A stretch of DNA of 64,000 bases from Camelus dromedarius (Eukaryota): assembly GCF_036321535.1 (NCBI RefSeq), contig NC_087436.1, positions 78,184,001 to 78,248,000 on the forward strand. Reading direction: 5' to 3'. Positions 1-13,740 of the stretch are shown here, one piece after another. Made by a program: the position numbers and the translations under genes. The first letter of the stretch is position 1, and the number at the start of each line of letters is the position of its first letter. Under the pieces are notes generated by a model, which did not search any database, was not told the origin of the DNA, and saw nothing but the letters and a program-made list of their open reading frames with translations.

Positions 1-233
1 TTTCCAATCTTTTTGCCTTGAATACAGACATAGCACCTAAAACGGCCACAACTATCTTGTGATCATGAGGGAACAGAGACAGCAGTTAGAATAGTTTTGA
101 GCATTTCATCTAAACCAACATCAGCCATGCCTACCTTTGCCCTGAGCTTGTGAGAAGAACAAGCCACTCTTTATGTAACTCACGGTCACTGTGTTTTGTT
201 ACTTCGAATAAAAGCCTCCTCCTAAATGATGTA
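1..233 (+). mobile_element. 3' part of an old MaLR LTR (MLT1 family)
   Basis: Motifs 'ctatcttgtgatcatgaggga', 'tttgttactt...aaaagc...cctaaatgatgta' resemble the MLT1 3' end; cut by the window edge. Confidence 0.55.
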
Positions 234-264
234 TTTCCCAAACTGAAAACTGGGGGACTAGTGA

Positions 265-480
265 AAGGCAACATGTTATAAGAGAAAATGTACAGGAGTC
301 AAAAGAACTGGACTCAAGTTCTGACCCTTCCATTTATTAACAAAGGGACCAGACGGCATTACGGACACTTTCTTACTCTGTAGCTCCAACTGCGCCTCCA
401 CATCTTATGGTTGTTTAAGGCCCAAGTCAGCAAACACACGTGAACATGCTTACGACAAAGCGTATGCAACGTGTGATTAA
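265..480 (+). mobile_element. MIR SINE, degraded
   Basis: 'ggagtcaaaagaactggactcaagttctgacccttccattta' matches the MIR head/core. Confidence 0.6.
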
Positions 481-1069
481 AGACATGCCTCCAAGGAAAA
501 TGATTTCAGATTTTAATCCCACAAATTCAATACCCCAATGCTGAGAAATATTTTATTTTATTAATTTCAGTTTATGTTATATTCTCTCCCTTGGGAATTT
601 ACCTGGGTCATCAATAGGAGTAGCTGGTCAGAGAAACTAAAAGCCTCTGTTGGTTGAAAGAAAAAGAAGTGAAAGTTTAAATAAGGGCTAATTACACTTG
701 GGCAGTGTTTTGAGCAAGGCTTTGCCTGCTTTGAATTAGACCACGGCCCTGACTACCTCGTGTGGAATCTGCTTCAACATTTTTAGAGATAAAATGTTAG
801 CGTTTTCTTTTAATGTATGAAAAGGAAAAGCACATTAATAAATAGAGCATTACGGTGGCCAGGAGAAATTATGTAGAATTCTCCCAACTCTCACAGAAAA
901 TACACACTTATATTAAAAACAAAAACAGAAACACCACTCAAGACATAAGGCTGTAAAGAAAACACTGTTTTCAAGTGCTCATTTAACCAGGAGTACACAT
1001 TCCCAATTACCAGATGAGACAATTTAGGGGGAAAAAAATCTGTTCCTAATCCTTATTCTATGTGTTAAT

Positions 1070-1510
1070 TCACGATGTATACTTTATCTATACAAATTTT
1101 AACATGTCAAGGATTTTTATATTTGAATATCTAAACACCCATGTTGTAACAAACCAGCTTAAGAAATAGAACAAAAAGAACTTCAGGTTCCCCTGTGTGC
1201 TCTTTCCCAATCTAATTTCCTTCCCTCCCTATCAGAGGCAAACTCCATCCTGACTGTTTGTTAATCATCTCTTTGCTTTTCTTCGTGGTTTTACCACAAA
1301 TGTGTGTGTGCTATGCACACCTGCATCTGTGTGTGTATGTGTGTGTATCCCTAAAAGAAATCATTCAGTTTTGCTTGTTTTTGAACTTGACTTATGCAGA
1401 AGCATACTGTATATATGCTTAACACTGTTTCTTTGATAGTCATCCATGTTGCTACACATAGCTACATTTCATCCACTTCTACTGCTATATAGTATTTTAT
1501 TTATACATCT
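1070..1510 (-). mobile_element. ancient L1 (L1ME-like) 3' fragment
   Basis: 'ccagcttaagaaatagaaca', 'catccatgttgctacacatagct...ctgctatatagtatttt' are typical old L1 3'-end text on the antisense strand. Confidence 0.6.
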
Positions 1511-1514
1511 AACT

Positions 1515-1877
1515 TATTTTTGTGCATTTTGTATTGAAATATAGCTGACAGACAGTATTGTTAGTTTCAGGTGTACTACATAGGGAGTTGACATCTGTAT
1601 ACATTATTAAATGATCACCATGATAAGTCTAGTAACCATCTGTCCCCATACAAAGTTATTACAACATTATTGACCCTATTCTTTATGCTGTATATTACAT
1701 CTCCATGGCTCATTTATTTTATAACTGGAGGTTTGTACGCCTTAATCCAAGCCACCTATTTCACTCAACTCCCTTACCCCCATGCCCTCTGGCAACCACC
1801 CATTTGTTCTCTGTATCTATGAGTCTCTTTTGTTTTCTTTGTTTGTTTGTTTCGTTTTTAGATTCCATATAGAAGTG
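1515..1877 (-). mobile_element. L1 3' UTR fragment (laurasiatherian L1)
   Basis: 'gttagtttcaggtgtactacatag...ctctggcaaccacc...tagattccatatagaagtg' is the antisense of an L1 3' end. Confidence 0.85.
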
Positions 1878-2048
1878 CAGCCCCTGACTTATGTACCGCC
1901 GGCTTCCTCAAATCCTTGAGATCTTTGCTAGTGTCACTTTCTCAGCAAGACTTTCCCTGACAACCCAATTTAAAATCTCAGCCTGTGGATATTTCCAACC
2001 ACTTTTCCCACCTGGTTTTCCCTTATTGCACTTCTCATCCTTGTACAC

Positions 2049-2433
2049 TGATACGAGCTGAATTACAACATCCTCAAATTCATATGCTGAAGTGCTAACC
2101 CTCTTACCACAGAATGCGACTGTATTTGGAAACAGTCTTTAATGAGATAAATAAATTAGATGAGCCATTAGGATGGGCCCTATTCCAATATAAGTGGTGT
2201 CCTTGTAAAAAGAGAAAATCTGGACACAGAGATGCACAGAAGGAAGACCTTGTAAAGACACAGGGAGAAGACAGTGGTCTACAATCTGAGGAGCGAGGCC
2301 TCACAAGAAACCTACCCTGCTGACACCCTGATCCCGGACTTCAGGCCTTTGGAACTGTGATGAAATACATTTCTGTTATTTAAGCTCCCCAGTCTGTGGT
2401 TCTTTGTCTTGGCAACCCTAGCAAACTAGTACA
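2049..2433 (+). mobile_element. MaLR solo LTR (MLT1A/MLT1B-like)
   Basis: TG...CA ends; 'gactgtatttggaaacag', 'ctgctgacaccctgatcccggacttc', 'ggcaaccctagcaaactagtaca'. Confidence 0.9.
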
Positions 2434-2589
2434 GACATACTATACTTTTATTTGTTTATAAGTCAGAAAAGTACCAACGCAAACCGCAGATCACTGATGC
2501 GCTCCTGAGCCCGTGGAGAATACAGAGCAACGACAGTGGCATCTTCTTATTCTTGATCATAAAATGCATGAATACCTTCTATTTTCATT

Positions 2590-3160
2590 ACATATTATAC
2601 TTGATGTGTGACCATTCCAACACCTCTAGTTCTTGCACATCTGCTTCTGTAGGTCTCTGCTACTGCTGTTTCTCACTCACAGTGGCTTACTTCCTCGTAC
2701 CTGTAGGGATTTTATAAATCATGAGTTCATTTGACTTGGAACATCATCCGTGGGATTTCTTGAGGCCCTGTTTAAAGTGTAGGCCTTCAGGGAGGGTTTG
2801 TTTGGCTTCTACTTGCCACCTGGAGGCCACACCAGCCAGGGCCATCTCACACTAAACACACTGCTGGGGGTGTTCTGGCACCTACAGGATAGTGTGAATT
2901 CAAACCACTGTCCTGCGTGAGTGCGAGCTTACGGGGGGATTATCAGAGGAGGCAGTCTTCTTTCAGTCTTTGTTCCGCCCAGAGGCAGAACTAAACAGGT
3001 GCATAGCCACAACACCTCAGGGGCAGACAATTTTCTGGCACCCTCTGAGTGTATTATCTTTTAGGGGTTCTGAGTTTATGTGCAAACTCTGATCTGACCC
3101 CTCAATCTGCGTGGGACCCTAAGCTTTGTTTCCCTCTGGCACACATGTGGACTCTTGAAA
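2590..3160 (-). mobile_element. ancient L1/HAL1 5'-region fragment
   Basis: 'gggagggtttgtttggcttctac', 'ccagccagggccatc', 'gtgtgaattcaaacc' resemble old L1 5' regions in antisense. Confidence 0.45.
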
Positions 3161-6100
3161 CCCACGCTGCAGACCACTTTCAATCAGCAGAGACCCCAGC
3201 GCAGGGCTTCATTCTGTGGAGTCAATCTTCTTTACCACCTCGAACACAAAGATTTCCATTATTCTGCTTCCAAGTCAACTGCTTATAAAATGTGTGTGTG
3301 GGTGTGGGTGTGTGTGGATGTGTGTGTGTTTACTTCACGGTTCTAAAAGCATGAAGTGTGGGATCAGGGCTCTCTTCCTCTCGTTTAGAAAGAACAATAC
3401 ATAGATACTCCTAACTTTAAATATCATACTGGGAATTTTTAGATGTGTATCAGGAAAGACTTCTCCAATCATCTGATCCATTCTACCACTATAAATAGAA
3501 ATTGTAAATATACACACAGAGTTGAGCCTCACCAAGACCTACTGAGGCACAATTTCAAGAGTGTAACCTGCAAATCAACATTTTGGCAAGTTCCCAGCTC
3601 ATTCTAATGCAGCTGGCCCACCAACTGGTGATTTGGAATCATCTCCTGAATGTGTGTCTTTTATTCAGGGTGAAGCTTCCAATTTAAGGGAAAAGTTTAG
3701 CCATGTCTTTTGTATACGGGCAAGGTGTAATGCAGTGGATTTGAAACCCATTTTGAAGGCATTAAATGCCTGTGTTTCTCTGTTATCACTGGCTCAACAT
3801 CACTGCTTTTAAAACAAAGTTATTGTGCTCATAATATTGGTACCCTGAGAAGCCCTCTTTCTGTTTCCCCTTATACATCATAAAAGTGGTTATGTGAGTA
3901 ATGTGTACACGGTGGTTTGGGGGTTTTAGAGCCTCCTGAGATCATTTAAATTAATCCTGCACAACTGGAGTTTTAGAAAATGTAATATATGTTTCAGGTT
4001 TTTGCTGAAAGTCAGTTTCCTCCCTGACTTGTTCAGGAGCCTTGAACGTTTACTAAAACCTTGAAGGAGTAAATCCTGTTCCTGAGCAATGACTAGGATT
4101 TAGGCTGGCTAACCTTGCTAATGGTGTTTTCTCATAGAGCAGGATGTAAACAGGCTATGTGCTTTTTCCAAGTTTTGCTAATTAGAATTCCTTTCAATAG
4201 TTATTCCTTGGAATTTTAGGCAGACTCTTTGTAAGTTAGCAAATGTGACAGTGACTTATCACTATAGCTAATTTGTCTCTTCCCTTTCAAATAGATGATA
4301 TTTTCTTAATAAGCAGTTTTTCATTGATTTTTTCAGTGGACATTTATTTTATATCTGCTATGTGCTAGATATTATTGTGTATCTGCTATCTGCTAGGCAA
4401 TGTCACACTTATTACTCCTGCCATAGCTTTCCATGGCCATCAAATGTTGAGTGTTTAAATACTGTACATAGTTTCTGAAATGGAAACGAGGACTGCGCTC
4501 CAGGACAAATTTTAGATCTATGAGAAACCAGTCCTCACATTCTGCTAAACCACTATTATGCAATGTGCCTTCTGGGAGTTTGGCTGGGGCCCATGGGCAT
4601 TATAACCAGTCTTAATAAAGGAGGAAAAAAAAATGATAGTGTCTACTGGAGTGTTGGGAAGAGGGAAAAACCAAGCTCCATAGCAAAGCCCTATGATGAG
4701 AACCAAGTAAGTCCCTCCCAGAGCCTTTAAAAAAAAAGGAAAGAACGAAAAATACTATTTCTGTGTGTAGAGAGAATAGAAAAGTGTCCTAGACTGAAGT
4801 GGTTTGAGGTAATTTTTGAAAAGAGACAAAATTCACTCCTTTCCCCTGGCTCATGAGAAAGTGTAAACTCCTTAAACAGGCTTGGATTTGAAACTATGCA
4901 TAGACTTTCTCCCACAGTAAGATGCCTACACAAAGATTCATAGGCAGACTAAGTGGGAACACTCTAATTTGAAATGATACCACTCACATTAACTACTGGA
5001 AAGACCCACGGAGTTAACTTGGCCAAGGGATCCGTAAGTGCTGCTTCACGGAAATGCTCCTCCTGGGAGTGCTCACAATGGTCTCTTGTTGCTTTAGAAA
5101 AGCCGTCCCAGTCCATCCACTTGCAGACTCCTTGACATGGACCAACAGGATGTATGTCATAGATTATCCCACTTCATTTCTTTTATTTTTCAAATTTAAA
5201 AATATCCATCTCTAGCACCCACCCCACCGGCATCACAGATGAACAGGAAGTTTCCCCCTTTCAGAGGTTTCCCCCTCTCCCTGCCTAGTTATTCTAGCGC
5301 CTTGGAAGTTTACTCAGAATCCTTAACCCAAACCTTCACACTGAGAAAACGAAACTCTGTCCGCCCACTAGTGAGTTTCATCTCTCGGTTGATGTTGCTC
5401 CCGTGGCCACCACACAAGGTCGCTGCTGAAAAGTCACACAACCTGGAAGGCCTTTGCCCATTGTCTTATGACTCCGCTGCTGGCTCAGAGGCTTGCACGG
5501 GCCAGCCTGGTTTGCCAAGGGAAGCAGATTCTGTTCCCTCAAGCTTAACCCCTTGACGTCCAAGGTCTCTGTTCTTTAGCTAAGGTAACACAGCCAGCCG
5601 GGGTTTCTGAAGCAACGCCAAGGTAGGTAGAGAAAACCTTTCAGTCAACATCAGCCCTTCATCTGGACCTGTAAGTCTTGATATGGGAGCTGCACTGAGA
5701 AGTCAAGCCTTCTCTTTTCTTCATGGTGAGTTTCCCTTGGGCTAAGAAGGGAGAGTGACATCCTAGAGCCATCGAAATCCCCCAGAGAGCTGCTAATAGC
5801 AGTGAGCCTCAAAACAAACAGGATCACAGCTTAAAGTCTCTGTGGCCTTTGTCAAGCCTTACCATAAAAAGTCATGTTATTTCTTTCCTCCAGGATAGTT
5901 ATCCTCAGGACAAAGCTATTTTGAGGTAGCTTTTCTCCATCTAGTCAGAGAAGTGAGTTGAATAGTTAAGTGGCATTCCTTCCAGAAAAGAAATGTCAAA
6001 CCCCCATCTAACCAGGCATTGTATTAGATGTTCATTTGAGTGCTCCCCGCAAACTCACATGTTTTTGCAAACAGCATCCCCCTTTTTGTTTCCTTGTAAG

Positions 6101-8164
6101 TTGTAAAGAAAGGAAGCCCTTGCAGCTAAAAAACTGCTGTCCTCCATTGGCAAATGCCTTGATTTTTTTTCTACTTGCTTTGAACAAGAGTGGCATAGTT
6201 TATTCTTTGAATACGGACAATTCTCAATGGTTCCGTTCCTGACAGAATGAAAATAGCTTACTCATAGTTAGCCTGGAAGAAAATCTATATATTATCAGAA
6301 GTCTCTGTTAACTGAAGCAAAAGAAAAAAATTTAGCAGATGTGAATTCTATCAAATTGTGCAGGCTAATTATTCTCTACCTTTGAAGAAGTGCAAAGGTC
6401 AAAAGGCTAATACGTAGCTTAATCAGGAAATTTATGTAAATTAGCCCAAATCAAGCACATCACATAACCCCCATAATCCGTAAAATATGTAGTTCACTAG
6501 CAAATCAAGTGAGGCTTCCAGCTATTTGATCAGTAGAAAAAGAAAGAGGAGGAGAACCCAGGACACTGGTAGATGTTATATCTCAGGCAAAGTTGATTTT
6601 AATATGTCAATAACAAAGTAAAATATAGCACTGGAAAAGGAACATAAACTCAAGAAATCAGTGGAGCTGATTTGGGAGAAATCATTAGAATGTAAGAACC
6701 ATGAAGGCAGGGTGTTTTTTGCTCACTGATACAAGAACACTGTCACTTAGAACAATATTTGATATGTTATAGATCCTCAATATACATTTGTGAATAAATA
6801 TTGAATTAATTACTGGATCAAAAAATGTTATGAGAAAAACATGACAATACAAGACTTGAGAAAACAAAACTACGTATTACAACTTCATGTATTTCTTCCT
6901 AAACTTATTTTATATCCAATGTTAGCAATCTTCCACTCTTTACAAAAATCAAAACAAAAAACTAGAAAAAATAGCACTGAAACAAAAGTAGCTTTATTAA
7001 AAATCAGCAATAATAAATTCTTTGTGCTTACAAAAATGTGTATTTCAAGGCAATTCTTTTTTTCTTTGAACTCTGGTAATATTAAATACCTCTCCTACAT
7101 ATTTGGAAACATGTTATTACCCACTCTTCAGAGATGAGACTGAAGCACAAAGAAATGCGGATTTTTCAAGAGTCACCATGAAGTAAAACTCAAACACAAT
7201 TGATTTTCAGGTAAAAGGCTATCTATTTCAAAGTCGTATTTTATTATTACCAAGCATTTCCTTACCATTTCTTGCATTAACACCATTCTAAAATGACTTC
7301 TTTGTATCTATCTCTACACAGTAAAAATTCTGTCATTGTTCTTTATCCCTCAGATTTTGCCACTCTTTAAAAATGTTCCCCTTATATTCCCCTGTGGAAA
7401 CATAGTATATATGAGAAATAACTTTTGTTATAGTTACTATTCACCATATGGCAGAAGAACTTAAGGCAGCTGACAATATTGCATATGCTATGACAAAAAT
7501 AGATTGCTATTAAAATACAAGTGGGTAAGAAAATGAAGGCAGAGGGAAAATGAGGTGTGGAAGATGAGAGCAAGGATGAAGTGACTACACAAAATGCAAA
7601 CAATGAGGTTTGTGCCTTTAGTCCTTTGTCACTTTTTTCTGAAGGTTTCCAGCAACCAAGACAAGTCCGAAAATGTAACCATAGAATTCTATATGCAAGA
7701 GATAAACCAGTCAAACTGGCCAAGAAAAGCGTTCTTGGTACTGAGAACAAAGAAATACATCATCCATTGATCCCCAGTAACAAGGATGATGCCTATTGTT
7801 ATAAACAACACCCTCAACGACATTTCTCCAGGAAATGGGATGATGATGGGATATGGACTTTTTTAAACATCCTGCAATATGAGGGCTCGCTACCACAAAA
7901 AGGGCAATTCAGGAAAGCAATGTGGGGTCCACAGGGAGGAGAGCAGCAAATGATGAGGTTCAGGCACTCTGATCATTGGCTTAACCCAGAAATTGATTTT
8001 AGCATGTTTTGTGGAATAGAAAGGCCACAGATCCTTCAGCCAATCTCCACAAATGCTGTTTAATGAGCTTCGATAAGAACTAAGGGCTGTGTGCTCAAAA
8101 CTCCTTCTCTGATCAGGACCAAGAATGTAACTGTTTGGTGCTGCCAGATCCCAATGAGTATGGA

Positions 8165-8326
8165 ACCACATGCAGGGACCCTTAAAACCAAATAAAACTA
8201 CAGAGTCCCTTGTTCAAAATGATTAAGAATTTCAAGATGGCTACAATATTAAACCAAGCACAAGGCCCTTCTGAAGGTGGGGCCGTGTGTGATCGCATAG
8301 ATCACACACCTGCGAAACCAACTCTG
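8165..8326 (-). mobile_element. MER45A (hAT-Tip100 MITE)
   Basis: Reverse complement reads 'cagaagggccttgtgcttggtttaat...ccatcttgaaattcttaatcattttgaacaaggg', matching MER45A. Confidence 0.85.
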
Positions 8327-9080
8327 AACACATGCTTCCACAGCTAGTCAGATTATTCTAGGACATGCTAGGCAAGAGCACCCTCCTTCCCACAGAGCTT
8401 CCCTCTTGCCGAGATCCTCCTAGTCTAACTCACAGATGAGTCAACAGTCATGGCATCCAGAATTCCATGACACAAACATGGCAGCATGTTAAGCCTGGAC
8501 AATTACAGAATTAGATATTATAAAATGCCTAGCTTGACCATTAAAAAATGTATATATATACACACACATATGTAGAGCACCTGTTAAATGTTTCCCCTTG
8601 AACAATGAAACCTCCTCGTACACACTCCAAAATGAACTGCTTACACAATGTACCCTGGGTAACCAGATAAGATACTTTTTATCTTATAATTATATTATAA
8701 TCCAGTTAATACTAGAAGATGTCTAACTGATCATGATAACTTTATTTTTGAGGTGCTTCCTTCTGATAACTAAGAGATACCAGGGCTCACTGCTTATTGG
8801 AGCCCTTCTTGGGCTGTGATTAGAGACAGTGCATTTGTAAGTAAAAGGAGGTAGAATCTTTTATCTCTTATTCTCTTTAAAGAGAGAGGGGGTGTGTATG
8901 CAGCACATTCAAAATAGGAATCAAGTCAAAAGAAGAACTGCAGTGAGTCTGCTTGATCCATGCAGACGGGATACTCCTCATTTTTTCTTCCCTCTTGAGC
9001 TTTCTTAAAGAATGTATTCCACCCAGAGGAGCAGCCCTACCAGCTCCTGCCAGCCAACTGGTGTTCATGGAGGATATACT

Positions 9081-9121
9081 ATTATTATTATTGTTGTTGT
9101 TGTTGTTATTATTATTATTAT

Positions 9122-9152
<31 letters not shown>
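9081..9152. repeat. compound trinucleotide microsatellite (ATT)4(GTT)5(ATT)5(ACT)10
   Basis: Read directly from the sequence. Confidence 0.98.
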
Positions 9153-9153
<1 letters not shown>

Positions 9154-9189
9154 TTAATTACTATTACCCTAGGATACAGGGTATATTAT

Positions 9190-9600
9190 ATATTTCTCAA
9201 TGGCTTAAACAAAGAAAGAATTATTTTAAACTCTCATTACAGGAAGTCCAGAGGTAGGGCACATTCTGGGTTGATTCACGGACTCAAGGATTTCATCAAA
9301 GACTCAGGATTTTTCTCTCTCAGAGATGTCTCTTCTTGTGTTGCCTTCATCCTCAGGTCACCAGCAAGATGGTTGCTGTAGTTCCAGGCAACACAAGCAG
9401 ACACAACAGTACAGAGAGGACATTGCATCTCATTCTGGGGATTTATGAACCATTCCCAAGAGCCCTCCAGAATATGCCCCTCAGGTCTCATTGACCAGAA
9501 TTGGGTAACATATCCATTCCTAAACAGATCCCAGGCAAGGGGAAGAGAATTATCATGATCAGCTGTGCTGGGCAGTTGGCTTCAATGATCACTGCCTGGG
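9190..9600 (-). mobile_element. old MaLR LTR (MLT1J/K-like)
   Basis: 'caatggcttaaacaa', 'aggaagtccagaggtaggg', 'gcaagatggttgctgtagttccagg', 'gtctcattgaccagaattgggtaacat'. Confidence 0.8.
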
Positions 9601-10010
9601 CCCGGAGCCATTGCTACATAGACCAGGTTTGGACACAAGACCTAAGAGTAACCAATCCACAGGCATGGTTGAGCCCCTGAGATTTTTGTTCTCAAAAATT
9701 TGAACTAAGGGGCATGGAGCCTAAGGGAGTTGAGAGCAAGTTCATATTAATGGCAGAATACTACATTGAAATTCCTTGAACTTGAGCTGCTGAGGTCCTC
9801 AGAGCCACCTGAGTCTCACCTAGCCTGGACCCTGGACACCCAGCTTTTCTTGATTTCTGTAAAACTCCTTGTTATAATTTAGCTAGTAAATAGGTATAGT
9901 TTCCTTGCAAATAGAATGCTGTGTTTAAGATAGCCTTATGGGAAATTGAGATTCTAGAGTCCAAACCACTTTATGGTCGTATTACGGTACAGCTTCTGTC
10001 TATGCTTCCA

Positions 10011-10087
10011 ATGTGACCAACTGTGCTAATTTGCTGGAGTTTCCTGGGACCCAGAGCTTTCAGTGCTAAAATCTGATTGGTCACCCC
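10011..10087 (-). mobile_element. MER81-like hAT-Blackjack MITE
   Basis: TIR remnants 'gtgaccaa' ... 'ttggtcaccc' around 'tttcctgggac...ctttcagtgctaaaa'. Confidence 0.7.
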
Positions 10088-11278
10088 AACTTCAATAACA
10101 GGGTTTATACCAAATTCATAAAGCCCTTCTCATATCCAGGATTTGCTCTTAGAATCAAAGTTTGAGAGAAGACCAACAAAACTATAGACCGACAAACTAC
10201 CTTATATCCTTACTTCCAGACTTTAATACAGTTTTAAGATGTAAAATAGTGCAGTTATGTTTAGTCCAGGTCCCAACATGGCATAAAACTCACAATGGTG
10301 GTTCAACAGGCATTGAGAGAATGAGTCCAAAAATAAGTACCATTATCCCCAGTACAGGGGAGCAGCTTTCCTAAATGAAACGTATCATTAAGTTAAAGTC
10401 AAAAAACATTCTCTGAGATGAAAAGAAACTTCCCTAAAGAGGCACACGACCTGAAAGCCTCCCTTTACGCAGGAAGAGTTATCCTTGGGGTGATCCAGGC
10501 TCTGCTGAGGCAGTGTTGACTTATGAATAAAATAACCACAATTAATAAGCATTGCATTTCCTCATGAAATAGGATAAAAGGCCTCTCGTTGCCTTAAACA
10601 ACCACAGGGAGGAAAATATGACAACATTAAGCTAGGAGAGTTAAGCTGTCCCGAGAAACATCCTAAAAGTGTAGTACAAAATGACAAGGAAATAGGTCTC
10701 AACAACCACAGGCTCTTAGCCATATTTTCTCCTTGTCTTTAAAAGCACAGTCAGGGATGTGACAAAACAAAATTCATTCTCTTTCTTTGCAGATAGGAAA
10801 GGACATCTTATTTGTAACTATGGTAGAAAAGGTACCAAGATAATGAACAGAAGAAACAATTTCTCCTGAGGCTGTGGACAAACTAGTGGAATGCCATTAG
10901 ATTCAGTAATAATGTCAGGAAAAAAGCCCAGGCCTTTCTCCTATCTGTCATTTTACATCAGAGTCAGCATGGTATTCAAATTTTGGAATTTTTTTTTACA
11001 GAAAGCAATTCTGATCTCATTAGGCCTGTTACTCCTCTCAAGAGTCCATATTCCCTGGTAGCACAGATGCTCACTGATGACAATTTGATTCATTTTCATA
11101 GAGTCTTCCCCACCTAAAAACCATTATATTGGGCACCAAGAAGTATTTGTTGGACAAACACATGAAGGAAGTGAAAAAGGGGGAAAGCACTAACTGGATT
11201 AAAGAAGTTGCTAATATCAGAACTTGGGTGTCAAAATTCCAAACAAAAATTAACAAGAAACTATTTCTTCATGAAGAT

Positions 11279-11282
<4 letters not shown>

Positions 11283-11317
<35 letters not shown>

Positions 11318-11330
11318 TACATACACACAC
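11283..11330. repeat. (CA)n microsatellite with degenerate tail
   Basis: Read directly. Confidence 0.95.
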
Positions 11331-11919
11331 GTATTTATATAAAATATACATTTCTGCCTTACCTCTTTTGCAAAAGGATACTTGGTCAAAAGAAGACAAA
11401 AATAAATTAATAAACTAAACGTTTAATAGGAAATAGGAGGAGAAAAGTAAATATTCAAAATATAACAATGAGTCAAGTGGCTGCGATTGAGTGAAAAGAC
11501 CAACTATATAATCTTCCTGACAAACAAGACTAAGAGGAAAACGTGATGAATCACATAAGTCATTTTGATCTGAGAAGAGGAAACTCACTACTTTCCCAAG
11601 GGAGATAAAGCTTTTCCTAGAACCAAACCTCTGACAGAAATTTCCCATGTAAGGAGGCAGCAGGGATCACTCAATGACAAAAGAGACAATATCTTTACAA
11701 TTTCAGGGCAAATGCAGAAACATCTGAAAAGAGGGAACCTGGTAAGGTTTATGCAACAGTTAAAACAGTCACCTTACTTACCAAGGAGAAATTTAGGTTC
11801 ACATCGCTTGGCGCATAAATAAGTATACAGAATCAGAAATCAATAAAGGGGGAAAATAATCTTGTACAGATTTTGACACATTTTCCCCATACTATTAAAA
11901 ATGTATAATAACAGTAAAA

Positions 11920-12150
11920 AGTAACAACAATAATTTAAACAAACATACACTTAAGCACACTTACTCGATACCTGATTTTGGCATAAGTCCTTAACCAATA
12001 CTATCTCATCAGCATTTGCAACACTATCTATTAAGTATTTCTAATGTTTAGTGAGAAGACTCAAAAAGGTGAAGAAACTTTTTCCAAGAATCTGGTCACA
12101 CAGCAAAGTTAAAATAAAAATTCCCTGACTCCAAACTATTGTAACTACTT
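11920..12150 (-). mobile_element. MIR SINE, degraded
   Basis: 'gaagactcaaaaaggtgaagaaact...ccaag...gtcacacagc' and 'cctgactccaaa'. Confidence 0.55.
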
Positions 12151-12768
12151 TACCTTCCTGCTTTCCTTAGTAGCAGAGTTCTGTCTGAAACCCACTTGTT
12201 TCTTCATGTAAAATATTGGCCCAACAGACCCAAATATGCATTTTTTAGAACAAAGGTAGAATACAGTTTTGAAAGTATATTCAGAAAAGTGATGACTCTA
12301 CAGTTTTGATGTTTTATAACTCAGCATCCAAACCACACTTTGAGACCAACTGGATGAGCATACCTGAGAGGTTACCTGAAACAACTTGTGGCTCAGCGTT
12401 TCCTAGTTAGAATGAGCCTTAAAGCAATTTTGGAAATAGGAAACATTCACTGAGATCTCCAGGCAGCTTATGGGTTGAATTGCTGTGTAAAGGGCTGCTT
12501 ACAAAGTTCCATTCAGAAAAGGACCCCGTATTTACAAAGTTTTGATTATTTCCCCAGTAAGAAACAGACTTTTCAGGTGTCCTCCACATCACCTCTAGCC
12601 AATACCATGTCATAAAGCAATGGTGGTCTCCCGATTGCATCACCATTGGTCCTAAAAGCCTACTAGGATTTGCTATACTCAAGTCTGGGGGTTTCTCCAC
12701 ATCTCTAAAGTAATAAAAGTATGCATAGTAAGATATAAACTCTATATTCGTGATTAACTTCTGACTTT

Positions 12769-13740
12769 TTTCCAGCTTTATTGAGATATAATAGACATGT
12801 AACATTGTGTACGTTTAAGGCGTACAATGTATTAATTTGATACACTTACCTATTGTGGAATGGTTATCATAGTAGAGTTAGCCAACACCTCCATCACCTC
12901 ACATGATTACCATTTCTTTTTTGTAGACTACATGGAAAATCTACTTTCTTAGCAACTTTCAAGTACGTAATACAGTTAGGAATTATAATCACCATGCATG
13001 CTGTACATTAGATTCCCAGAACTTATTTATCTTGTAACTGGAAGTCTGTGCTCTTTGAACAATATCTCCCCTACCCCTCAGCCCCTGGCACCCACCATTC
13101 TACTCTCTGTTTCTATGAGTTTGGCTCTTTCCGATTCCACATATAAGTAACATCATATAGTGTTTGTTTTTCTCTGATGTCATTTAACATAATGTCCTCA
13201 AGGTCCATCCATGTTGCTGCAAATAACAGGACTTCCTTCTATCTTGTGGCTGAGTAATACTTCATTCACTATGTAAACCACATTTTCTTTATCCATACAT
13301 TCAAAAACAGATGCTAAGGACATTTCCATATCTCAGCTATTGTGAACAATGCTGTGATGAATATGAGGGGGTGGGGATACAGATGTCTCTCCAAGACCCT
13401 GACTGCATCTCCTTTGGATATATATCCAGAAGTGGGATTGCCAGATCATGTGGTAGTTCTAGTTTTAATTTTCTGAGAAACCTCCACACTGTTTTCCATA
13501 GTGAATGCACCAATTTACATTCTCATCAACAGTGGACAAGGGTTTCCTTTTCTTCACATTCTTGCCAACACTTGTCTCTTGTCTTTTTGATAACAGTTAT
13601 TCTAACAGGTATGAGGTGATAGATATATCACTGTGGTTTTGATTTGCATTTCCCTGATGATTAGTGATTAGTGTTTGATTTGCATTTCCCTGATGATCAG
13701 TGATGTTTTCATGTACCTGTTGGCCATCTGTAATGTCTAT
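12769..13740 (-). mobile_element. L1 3' end (ORF2 C-terminus plus 3' UTR)
   Basis: Antisense text: 'cagctttattgagatataat', 'tccatccatgttgctgcaaat', 'ggatatatatccagaagtgggattg', 'gatttgcatttccctgatgattagtga'. Confidence 0.92.

Noticed and set aside
7557..8063. 168-aa plus-strand ORF
   Set aside because: GTG start, no recognisable domain, no convincing splice or promoter context; a chance ORF is plausible.
8953..9381. Poly-leucine 'membrane protein' ORF
   Set aside because: Produced by the trinucleotide microsatellite plus an MLT1 LTR.
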